64,000 bases of DNA. It comes from Candidatus Multivoradales bacterium. GTDB lineage: Bacteria; Acidobacteriota; Thermoanaerobaculia; Multivoradales; JAHEKO01. This document shows positions 52,739-61,617 of this stretch, one piece after another. Numbering within the stretch: the stretch's first letter is position 1; every line of letters begins with the position of its first letter. Both the position numbers and the translations under genes were made by a program. Under the pieces are notes generated by a model, which worked only from the letters and a program-made list of their open reading frames with translations, was not told the DNA's origin and did no database searches. The stretch is taken from positions 128,001 through 192,000 of the forward strand of contig CBDCVR010000014.1 of assembly GCA_965223155.1 (NCBI GenBank). Reading direction: 5' to 3'.

Positions 52739-52874
52739 AAGGCGTCGAAGGGCAGGCGCGACCATGCGGACGACCCCCGTGTTCGTCAACAGCGCGATGC
52801 ATCTGGGTAGCGGTTTGGAGCCTTGACCATTGATGCCCAAGCCTTCGAATTTCACACCACGAGCACCGCGACCT

Positions 52875-54736
52875 CGTCGACAAGAACAACGCCGACCGGC
52901 CCTTGAAGGAGTACGTCTACGACACCGCTTCGGGCCGCGGCGCGGGCAAGCTCGCCCAAGCCACCCGGCACAACTACGTCACCCTCCCCTGGAACGCGAC
53001 CGAGACGGACGCCTGGGTGACCGACCTCTACGACTACTCCGGCACCGCCGGAGCGCCCTCGGCCAAGACCACGAGCTTCGCCCGAGGTCCCTATCAATAC
53101 ACCTCGGCGTACGCCTACACCGACGGCGGCGCCATCGGCTCGGTGACCTACCCCACTTGTGACGCAGGCTTTGCCTGCCCGGGCACTCCCGAGCCCGCCC
53201 GCACCGTCTCCTACACCTACGAACAGGGCCTTCTGCGCCAGGTTCCAGGCTGGACCAACACCATCACCTACCATCCCTCGGGCGCCTGGAACCAGATGCC
53301 CCGGGTCAACACCGTCACCGACGGCCGCGACTCCGACCCGGCCTCGCCCGACCGTCTCAACCGTTTCCACGCCTCCTCCCCCTCCACCGGAGCCTCCTGG
53401 GACTCCGGGACCATGGCCTACGACGGCTCCGGCAACTTGAAATCCATCGGCGCCGACAAGTACACCTACGACCAGTCCTCGCGGCTTCTGTCCGGCACCG
53501 CCGGCGGCGAGCGCCAGGACTACACCTACGACGCCTTCGGCAACATCACCCAGATCGCCCACACCGATGGTGGCGGTGGAGTAACCACCCGTTCGATCGG
53601 AGTCGTGCCCTCGACCAACCGGCTGTCCGTCGCCACCTACGACGCCGCCGGCAACCTCACCTCCTGGGCCGGCAACACCTACACCTGGGACGCCCTGGGG
53701 TCGCTGGTCCAGTTCAACGGCGGCCAGAACGGCGGCGGCACCTACCTCTACGACGTCGAAGACCGGCGGGTGGCGGTCTTGAAGAGCCCTGACAACACCG
53801 AGGCCGCCAAAAGACGAGACCCACAAATACACCCTCCACGAGCGCAACGAGAACTTCGCCGGCTCCGACGACGACTTGGACTACATGCTGGCCAGGTACT
53901 ACTCCCCGCACCTGGGGAGGTTCCTCAGCTGCGACCCGGAAAGGGGACGGGCGGAGCGGTTGCAGACGCTGAACCGGTACGCCTACGCGTGGGGGAACCC
54001 GGTGCGGTACAACGATCCCGATGGGAGGGATCCGGACGATCCCGAGGACGACTCCGGGGATGATTCCGGAGACGGTGACCTTCCCGATGCGGACGACTGC
54101 GCGGACAACCCCAAGCTGTGCGCGACCATTAAGGACAAGACAGACGCTACCGATGATTCACCGATACCGGCCTACTGCTCGATTGCTCAGAATAGAAATA
54201 CTCTCTTCTGCCGGTACCTAAGTCAGAACTTTCAGACAACCCCACCTCACGGCCCTGCGGCTTACAAGCCGACTTTTGCGAACGGCCTACGGACGGCATT
54301 CGACAGTCTGACCGGTCCTGACACCGTCAGCTACCTAAGGTGCGGCCTCACCAAGGCCACCAGCACTGGACTCGAATTCGGTGGCCACCTTGTCCGCAAT
54401 TCGTTTGGTGATCTAGCTCGTCGGATGACAGGCAACCAGGGTTCAAGACACGTGTCTATTGGCCCTGCCCCACCCGGAGCCGTCTTTGGATGGCATACGC
54501 AACCCGATGGTACTCACCTGGGCCCAGGAGATACAGCTGCCTTGTCAAGCGGTGATCAGCGCGGTATCCCACATATCATCCTCGACTCAAGACGGGGATC
54601 TGGTGGCCAGTTCACCGTCTATGTGCCAATAGAGGGAAGCAAGCCTCGAGCGGTCTTCTCGTCTCGTCTAAACAAGCTGCCCGGCTGGACAGGTAGCAAC
54701 GGAAACTGTGATTACGAGGGAGCGGCCAACTATTGA
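52875..54736 (+). pseudogene. Orphan Rhs cassette 8 (JAB-like tip), internal deletion plus frameshift
   Basis: Core from VDKNNADRP; jump at 53813; DPDG ends 54025; LEFGG...GWHTQP...GPGD. Confidence 0.86.
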
Positions 54737-56073
54737 GAAACAACCTTTCAGTCGTCACGCTGACGGCCACTCTGATCTGGGGGTCTGGTGCGCCAGCGAA
54801 TAGTACACCTTGCCTAGGAATAGGCCTGCCGACGCCGTCCGTCCCGCAGATAAGAGTCGGCAAGATCACTCGCGCAGGAAACGATTTCGATCGAAGCATT
54901 GTTTCGATCGAAGGGTTCCTCGGTGAGGTCGGATACGGTCGTCGAGTATCTTTGTGCCCTGACGCAACTACAGTTGCGATAGCAAACGAGTGCATCCTGC
55001 TTTCCTTTGACGTTGACGCGCTCGGACGTTGGCCCGAAGCCCTCCGGGCCCTGAGGGCGATGGAGGGAAGAGTCGTCAGGGTCGTCGGAAGATTTGAGCA
55101 CGGCTCAGGAAAGGAGCGGGCGCCTGGGACACTCGATGTCTACGCGGGCTATCTGGATTTCGTCTCGAGCGTCCATGTTGTCGATCAGGGCAGCGAGGCC
55201 TTCTGCCTGGAGCACCAGAGAGAAGTTCTGTCTGAGAAGCGTCTGAGGGACTGTCTCCTGGACACAACGATTCCGTTTGCTTGCTTCGATCCGTGGGGCC
55301 CGGTCATTTGGATCGACGAAGACTGGGACTCCGCAACGAATCCGACGCCGATTCGTTACGGTATCCCTAGCGGTTTCGACCTTGAGGACCTAACTGATGC
55401 GGCCGTCCTCTCGAAAACAAGCGTCTTCCTACAGTACGGAGATACTCTATATCGGTGGAACGGCACTGGTCCGGAACTCCTGGAGACCTCGGCCGGCAGG
55501 TTACTTCCCGAACCGGTTGGCGCTGATTCTGCTCAGAGTGTGTTCGTTGAGATCCGACGAGAAGCTCAGGCTAACAATCGGACGTGCCCGGCGAAGAGGG
55601 TGGACTCGCATTCCGCGCCGCAATGCTCTACTGAAGCCGCGCTCATGTTCCTTTGCGAACTAGGTCAAGTGTCTCACGAGTTCGCTCCTGGCCAGATTGC
55701 CTGTCTGGGCCAGGACGATGGCTCGATTTGGGTTCGAAGTCCGGGCGAGCGCTACGCACGACTCGAGTTCACCGAACCGACATCCGGTGGCAGGAGTGCG
55801 ATCGTTCAAGACTTCGAAGCGGAGTCGGCTCGCGAGTTCTTGTTCTCGACCAGCCTAGGACTCTTTCGCTGGGACCAAACTTCGTGGTCGCTCATCGACG
55901 ACTCTCCAACGTCGGCACTCCTCGTTGTCGAGGGAAGCATCTACTACAGGACAGCAAAGGGTGAGGTGCGAAGGGTTGTCGGCGAGAGCTGGTCAACGGT
56001 CGATAAGCCTTGGGAGCAGCTTCGGCGCATCCGGACTCCTCGAGGTTTGGTCGGGGCGACTCTCAAGGACTAG
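54733..56073 (+). CDS. Putative immunity protein 8a, exported (family A)
   Basis: TTGA overlap; signal peptide; SLC...ECILL...MEGRVVRVVGRF. Confidence 0.7.
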   Translation: MRNNLSVVTLTATLIWGSGAPANSTPCLGIGLPTPSVPQIRVGKITRAGNDFDRSIVSIEGFLGEVGYGRRVSLCPDATTVAIANECILLSFDVDALGRWPEALRALRAMEGRVVRVVGRFEHGSGKERAPGTLDVYAGYLDFVSSVHVVDQGSEAFCLEHQREVLSEKRLRDCLLDTTIPFACFDPWGPVIWIDEDWDSATNPTPIRYGIPSGFDLEDLTDAAVLSKTSVFLQYGDTLYRWNGTGPELLETSAGRLLPEPVGADSAQSVFVEIRREAQANNRTCPAKRVDSHSAPQCSTEAALMFLCELGQVSHEFAPGQIACLGQDDGSIWVRSPGERYARLEFTEPTSGGRSAIVQDFEAESAREFLFSTSLGLFRWDQTSWSLIDDSPTSALLVVEGSIYYRTAKGEVRRVVGESWSTVDKPWEQLRRIRTPRGLVGATLKD

Positions 56074-56088
56074 CCGGCACGGGCATCT

Positions 56089-57450
56089 ATGACCGGGCAT
56101 CGCTTGAGAAGGCTCCTGGCCGGAACGGCCCTCATCACTGCTCTCGGAGGCCTGGGAGCCGGGCCGGCATCGGCTGCCGAACAGAGCTGCCGAGGCGTCG
56201 GAAGTCTTCGGGATGGCGCTCCTGTCGTCTCAATGGACGAATTCGACGCGGATCCGACCCGTTGGTCCGATGTACGAGTGCAGGTATCCGGCCACCTCTC
56301 GAATCGGTCCTGGGCCGAAGCAGGAGTTGGCTTGCTTTGCTCGGAGGGGGAAGCGAGGCGCGAGCCCGGCGGCAGCTCCGGGAGGAACTGCGTCACGATC
56401 AATCTCCCGCTTGCGGATTCCAAGTCTCGATTTTCCCGGCGGCAAGTCATTCGCCGGCTTCTGGGCCGGCGGGTAGTGACCGAAGGAGTGTTCCTTCCGG
56501 CTGAGAAGCAACCGAACACGATCGCTACGGACTTCGGCCACACTCTGGGATCGCTGACAGAGGTCACTGCGCTCCTGAGCCTCGAAAGTGACTCGGCGGC
56601 CCTCTGCGTGTCGGAACAGCGGAACCTCCTGGTCCGCGAGAGGTTTGCGAGTTGTCGTATTCGAAGTCGTTCCGGAGCCGAAGAGCTTTGTCTCGACCCA
56701 CTTGGGCCCGTCGTTTGGCTACGAACGGCGAGCGGGGACGTTCGATCCGTCGCGTTTTCTCTCCCGCCGGGACGGAGGCTGCGAGAGGTCGAAGACCTGG
56801 TCCTTCATCCGCGTGGAGAGCTTGTACTACACATCGGCGGCGACGTTTTCGCTGAGGTGGAAGGAAATCTGGTCAAGCGCAACGAGCGCCCGATTGCGAG
56901 GCTGGTTCAAGACGTTGATGGCCAGGTCTTCGTTCTCAACAGGATCGACGAAGCCGCAACCGAGATTCTCTGCCCCGCGATGGAGCTGGGAAACGACTTC
57001 GAGCTCCGCTGTTCTCAGGAAGCCACGGACTTCTTGATCTGCCCCGATCAAGTAGCAACGAGTGCCCCCTGGACGACGGCCTGCCTGCGCTGGTGGAAGC
57101 GAGAGGTCTGGCTCTCGGACGATGGCAGCCACTGGCGTCGCGTGACCTACGGCCCCCTAGCCGGGGACAAGCCTCTTGTCATTCGTGATGGGTATGTCGA
57201 ATCGGCGAGTCGCTTCTATCTTGCTACTGAGAAGGGACTGTTTCTTGTCGAGCAAGGAAAGGGCCGGCTTGTGGACGAGGCAAGCGTCGAGGCTTTTCGG
57301 GTTGTCGGCGGTCGAACCTTCTATTTGACGAGTACTTGCGAGGTCCGGGAGGTGGTCGGTGACGCCTGGGCGTCCGCGGCGGCCGACTTCGAGGACTTGC
57401 GGCAAGAAGCCGAGGCTTGTCGGAAGTCGCGAAACCTCCGGGAAGACTAG
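56089..57450 (+). CDS. Putative immunity protein 8b, tandem paralog of 8a
   Basis: Signal ending ASAA; C..QR..L..ER...C, CLDPLGPVVW, CPA...CS.EA..FL.C shared with 54733..56073. Confidence 0.7.
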   Translation: MTGHRLRRLLAGTALITALGGLGAGPASAAEQSCRGVGSLRDGAPVVSMDEFDADPTRWSDVRVQVSGHLSNRSWAEAGVGLLCSEGEARREPGGSSGRNCVTINLPLADSKSRFSRRQVIRRLLGRRVVTEGVFLPAEKQPNTIATDFGHTLGSLTEVTALLSLESDSAALCVSEQRNLLVRERFASCRIRSRSGAEELCLDPLGPVVWLRTASGDVRSVAFSLPPGRRLREVEDLVLHPRGELVLHIGGDVFAEVEGNLVKRNERPIARLVQDVDGQVFVLNRIDEAATEILCPAMELGNDFELRCSQEATDFLICPDQVATSAPWTTACLRWWKREVWLSDDGSHWRRVTYGPLAGDKPLVIRDGYVESASRFYLATEKGLFLVEQGKGRLVDEASVEAFRVVGGRTFYLTSTCEVREVVGDAWASAAADFEDLRQEAEACRKSRNLRED

Positions 57451-57509
57451 GAGATAGGAAGCTCGAGTTGGCCGACACTTCGCAGCTCGCTGGAAGCTTC
57501 GGGAGAGCG

Positions 57510-57576
57510 AGGTTCCACCCTTTTCGCAAGGACTAATCAGTAGTTGACGTTCTCGAAAGGGGTGGAACCTACTTGG
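57510..57576. repeat. 61-bp palindromic element plus ACTTGG tail, copy 2
   Basis: AGGTTCCACCCTTTTCG-N27-CGAAAGGGGTGGAACCT, 16 of 17 arm positions complementary. Confidence 0.87.
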
Positions 57577-57581
57577 GGAGG

Positions 57582-58228
57582 GTATGGATATGCGTGGGGG
57601 AATCCGGTGCGGTACCGAGATCCGGATGGGAAGAAGCTGCGGCGGTTCGAGACTAGCGACGAAGACGACGAGCAAGAAGGAGAGGGAGAGGAGGAGGAAG
57701 ATCCGACTTTCTCCGACGCGATAGTCGTCAGTGGCACCGGTGTCCCAGCGGTTTTCGATGCGTGCTCCAGTGACCTCTGGAGAGCATACCCAGAATGCAC
57801 TGGGCAAGATTCGATGACCGAGCTCATTGAGCTTCACCACGACATCGAGTTCGACACGCTGGAGTCTCAGTGGCAGCAGGACAATCGACGGTGCCACGCA
57901 ATACGCATTTGATTCTTGGGACGCTCGGAACACTACGGCGACAAGGAGCTACATCGATCTTCCGTTGATCCGGGGTGCCAAGTACCTATGGGGCATTCAC
58001 ACTCACAACGGTGATGGCAATTCGCATGGAGACGCAAAAACTTCCTGGCTGCTGGGGGCTTGCCTGCGCGAGTCGGGCGAACATTCCTGGGGCGTTCCGT
58101 ATATGGCTGTAGACTCAGACGGGGACTGGTCCGCGGTGCTCGCCCTGCGGAACCCTGATGCCGGACGCACGAGCCGTAAGAGCTTTTTGTCGGTCGACTT
58201 AGGCCAATTTGGGAATCCATGCGGGTAG
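57582..58228 (+). pseudogene. Orphan Rhs cassette 9 (minimal core, frameshifted JAB-like tip)
   Basis: YAWGNPVRYRDPDG only; frame change near 57860-57900; GIHTHNGDGNSHGD in the second frame. Confidence 0.78.
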
Positions 58229-59724
58229 CTGACCTTCCGAACCTCAGGGGACTACCTAGTCTGAAGATCAAGCACGGCGGCCGAGGCTCGGCTGCCGCAG
58301 CCTGGCCAGTGCTTTCCTTAGGAGTCTTCTTGGCTGTGGCTGCTCCGGCCCGGTCCTCTGACCTTGACCGCGGAGGGCGGTCTAGTGATCTTGTGACGGT
58401 TCGCTACCCATGTAGGTCGCTACAGTTGACCACCAGAGTGCGCTGGGATGGTTCCAGACACCGAGCTCTATGTGTTGATCGTCACGACAAAGGGATTCTC
58501 TGGGTCTCCGGGACGGACGACCTGCAAGGGTCAAAGAGGGGTGAATGGCACGGCTACGAGTATCCAACACTTGACGATCATCCGCCAAGCGAGCTTGTCT
58601 CGATAGTGGCAAACGGCAAGGGCAACAGCCGGACCGTCTACTTGTTGTACCGGTGTGGCGATCTCTTCTCCTGGCCGTGGGAATCGCAGGCCTCGCAAGA
58701 ACTCGTGACCCGGGGCGTTCGGCTCCTCGATTCCGATCCGCGCGGCGTGTACTACGTCAAGGGCCCCCACGCGGCGCCGGCTGACGAAGGAGACCTACTC
58801 GTTGTTCTCGATCACCACGACCGAATTCGTTTCTCGTGGCAAAGAGAGGCGAGAAGAATCGAGCACTACAGCAGTGAGAAGAGCTCAGGCGAAGGAGGTT
58901 TGATTTCCGCCGCCACAGAGGCCGCGAGCGAGCTCTGGGAGCATGATGGAAGCGCATGGCAGCAACAGCGAGTTGATCCCTTGTTTGATTGCTTCTCGCT
59001 ATCTCATTGGCTCGAGATCCCGGCTCCAGAGTTTGACTACAGCAAGCCACCTCCGGTGGACATCTTGGGGCACTGGCGAGTGCGACTTGATGAGCGCCGT
59101 AGGGTTCTTGCGAGCAATCGAAAGCCCGTGAGCGCGGGTGGCGCGGTCTTGCCGTTCTTTGTCCCACTTGCTGAGTGGAGAGAGGGAGATCGTTTTGCGA
59201 CCGAAGTAGATGATGGATTTCTTGTGGGTTTCAGCGGCAGGGGTTCGCATGGTGGTGGCCTGTGGTCCTTCTCCATGAGAGGTGACGACGCTTACCTCGT
59301 GTACAGGGGAGATTCGATCGATTCCGTGATTGATCTTGGCCGGGAGGTCATCGCAACGAGTACAGGCAACCGGATGAGTGGCGATGTGGATTGCATCGTC
59401 CGGCTGGGTCGAGATTTCAGAGGTAGGTGGGTAGTTTACGAAACCCTTAGATGTCCCGGCGTTGCCGGCTACACGGTTGAAGGCCCTGGCTCGCTACTCT
59501 TCGTGTCCGATGACGGCGTCTACCGTTACTTCGCTGGGAGTATCGAAGAGGTTCACAAGTTCGGGACGGGGCGAGGTGTCCCGATATCTCTGGCCCAGGA
59601 ATCTGACGCCGTACTCTGGGTTGGCTTGGTCAACTATGTGGTCCGTCTGACTCGAGAGGGAGACGGCTGGAGTGAACAGTGGTATGAGCCGCCGCCTGAA
59701 GCAGCACGAAGCGGACCAAAATAG
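58219..59724 (+). CDS. Putative immunity protein 9, exported (family B)
   Basis: Overlaps the tip stop; signal ending PARS; DDGFLVGF...GGGLW, WVGLVNYVVRL...WSEQW. Confidence 0.7.
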   Translation: MRVADLPNLRGLPSLKIKHGGRGSAAAAWPVLSLGVFLAVAAPARSSDLDRGGRSSDLVTVRYPCRSLQLTTRVRWDGSRHRALCVDRHDKGILWVSGTDDLQGSKRGEWHGYEYPTLDDHPPSELVSIVANGKGNSRTVYLLYRCGDLFSWPWESQASQELVTRGVRLLDSDPRGVYYVKGPHAAPADEGDLLVVLDHHDRIRFSWQREARRIEHYSSEKSSGEGGLISAATEAASELWEHDGSAWQQQRVDPLFDCFSLSHWLEIPAPEFDYSKPPPVDILGHWRVRLDERRRVLASNRKPVSAGGAVLPFFVPLAEWREGDRFATEVDDGFLVGFSGRGSHGGGLWSFSMRGDDAYLVYRGDSIDSVIDLGREVIATSTGNRMSGDVDCIVRLGRDFRGRWVVYETLRCPGVAGYTVEGPGSLLFVSDDGVYRYFAGSIEEVHKFGTGRGVPISLAQESDAVLWVGLVNYVVRLTREGDGWSEQWYEPPPEAARSGPK

Positions 59725-59761
59725 CGAGCAAGACAACGGCGTAGCGGGGAGGTAACCAAGA

Positions 59762-59784
59762 CGAAAGGGGTGGAACCTACTTGG
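59762..59784. repeat. Right half of the palindromic element, copy 3
   Basis: CGAAAGGGGTGGAACCTACTTGG, identical to 57554-57576. Confidence 0.8.
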
Positions 59785-59920
59785 TCGTCGAGGCCCTGGC
59801 GGCGCGCCGGCAGCGTCCCCTCCCTGTGAAGGGCCCTAGCGCGGGTGGTTTCGTGCCTCTCTGACGAACTAGGCTTCTGGGCAGCACTTGCCTCGCAGCG
59901 CGACCTGAACGACAAGAACG

Positions 59921-60700
59921 ATGCAGAAGATCCGACAGCTCGCCCTAGAGCACATCATCCTCTACGGACTGATGTTTCTTAGCGCCGCTTTGGTGGTGCC
60001 AATCGGTGCGAGGGCAGTTCCGCTGGCGATTCTGGCGCTTGCAGGTCCGATCCTTCTAAGTAGACAACCGCGGTGGGCTGGCCTGGTCTTGGTGTCGTGG
60101 TGTCTGCTTACGTTTGCCACCCAGTTCAGTGCGTATTTCTTCGACTTCGGGACCGGAATCCTCGTGGTCCTCCCAGTCCTCGCCCAGTTGGTGATCAGTT
60201 GGGTTTGGTGGCGCACAGGTCGCATCGCTCCGACGAGTCTCGAGGGGACGATGTCCTGGGACAACGTGGTGCTCGGTTCCGCAGCCATTGCCGCCTTCAG
60301 TTTCGAGGCCTGGCTTCGATTCCCTCAAGATCCCATGAACGCCGCGTTCTTGATGCTCCTCTTCATGACACTGCTTCAGGTGATCTTGCTGCTTGCTTTC
60401 TGGCGGGCCAGCCTTCGGTCCGCGATGAGCCCTGGAGCGGGCGGCAGTTGGCTCGTGGGCTGGTACTTGAGCTATTTCCTCGTTGCCGTGCAGGACGAGC
60501 CTCATGGCGTCGTGCGTTTCGCCCTCTTGCTGTGTTTCTTTACTGGTTGCGTACTCCTGCAGCGCTCGCTATACAAGACTCTGGCAGCGGCCTTCGCAGC
60601 CCGGCGACGGAGGGCAGCCTGGTTCAGCGCAATCGTTGCCATGACAGGACAAACACTCCTCGCAGTGATCGTCTTTTGGGAGATGTATGCGTTCTACTAG
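59921..60700 (+). CDS. Orphan membrane immunity-like protein (family C)
   Basis: IRQLALEHIILYGLM, SWVWWRTG, WLVGWYLSYFLV..QD match 35525..36304. Confidence 0.72.
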   Translation: MQKIRQLALEHIILYGLMFLSAALVVPIGARAVPLAILALAGPILLSRQPRWAGLVLVSWCLLTFATQFSAYFFDFGTGILVVLPVLAQLVISWVWWRTGRIAPTSLEGTMSWDNVVLGSAAIAAFSFEAWLRFPQDPMNAAFLMLLFMTLLQVILLLAFWRASLRSAMSPGAGGSWLVGWYLSYFLVAVQDEPHGVVRFALLLCFFTGCVLLQRSLYKTLAAAFAARRRRAAWFSAIVAMTGQTLLAVIVFWEMYAFY

Positions 60701-60820
60701 CTTCGACGTCGGCTCGCCTGGTTTCCGTAGATGTCCCAGGCTTTTCCCGTAGCCTTTCTTGGAGCGGAGTGTGAGTGCGGAAGAAGACGCGGCTTTTCAC
60801 TTAGAAAGGCAGCTAGGTAG

Positions 60821-61429
60821 ATGATGTTGGCACTCTTGGTACTGGGATTGTCGCTACTCGGATCTTCGACGACAGCGATGGAGGAGGCGCACTTTCTTGT
60901 CGAAATGGATCGCTTCCAGGAGCAGGGGATGGCCCAAGAGCACGCAATTTCCAGAGGTGGATGGGTGCTAGGAGCCAATCTCTATTCGGATCTCGAGTCG
61001 GACGGCACCACTCAAGGTGGATCCTTTCTCTCGGTTAGGGGACCGTTCCCGACGCGCGAGGAAGCTGAGCGCCTGGCAAGCGAACTGCGGCGCCTGGCCG
61101 TCGCGCCAAACGCAACAGTCCGAGCCCTCGGGGAGCCCTCACAAGCTCTTGCCGAGCTGGCAGGCGACCTGCCACCGCCTGTCTTCGCTGCGGTTCTGGG
61201 GCAGATGCGCATCGATCTCTCGCCCAGCGGAGGAGGCAATCATCCCTGTGAGCCGCAGGAGTCCAATCAGGCGATTGGCGTGTCTTTTGTCAGCGGCGAA
61301 CGGGCCTGGGGAGGAGAAGATGGGACGGAGATCACTATTAGGAGTGTGAAGTCTCAGGTCGAGTTGGGCGGCCTCTGGTACTTGCCGGGAACGGACTCGA
61401 TTGTGCGGATGGCAGTCTGCAGCGAGTAA
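60821..61429 (+). CDS. Exported hypothetical protein with SPOR-like segment
   Basis: Signal peptide; VRGPFPTREEAERLASEL resembles SPOR repeats. Confidence 0.55.
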   Translation: MMLALLVLGLSLLGSSTTAMEEAHFLVEMDRFQEQGMAQEHAISRGGWVLGANLYSDLESDGTTQGGSFLSVRGPFPTREEAERLASELRRLAVAPNATVRALGEPSQALAELAGDLPPPVFAAVLGQMRIDLSPSGGGNHPCEPQESNQAIGVSFVSGERAWGGEDGTEITIRSVKSQVELGGLWYLPGTDSIVRMAVCSE

Positions 61430-61490
61430 CCCAGTGAAGAAGCACTCACTCCTTCCCTAGAGCTAGAAAGAATCGATACAGGAGGACCGG

Positions 61491-61576
61491 CGCCTGGGTG
61501 ACCGACCTCCACGACTACTCCGGCGCCGCCGTCGCTCCCTCGGCCAAGACCACGAGCTTCGCCCGAGGTCCCTACC
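61491..61576 (+). repeat. Terminal 86-bp Rhs core relic
   Basis: Degenerate copy of the AWVTDLYDYSGTAGAPSAKTTSFARGPY coding sequence (about 30392-30477). Confidence 0.85.
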
Positions 61577-61617
61577 GAACGGTCGAGCTCGCCGCCGACG
61601 ATCCCGCCCGACGGCCG

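Noticed and set aside
28371-53847. Recurring minus-strand ORFs (MVGDGIG..., MGDLGDV...)
   Set aside because: They are antisense shadows of the repeated GC-rich Rhs core.
57510-57570. Palindrome as a hammerhead ribozyme (minus strand CTGATTA...CGAAA) or integron attC site
   Set aside because: The core should be CUGAnGA and no stem I forms. The RYYYAAC/GTTRRRY boxes are absent and no integrase is in the window.
27282-58228. Repeated cores as a diversity-generating retroelement or shufflon
   Set aside because: No reverse transcriptase or invertase, no adenine-specific variation noticed, and all cassettes are direct repeats.
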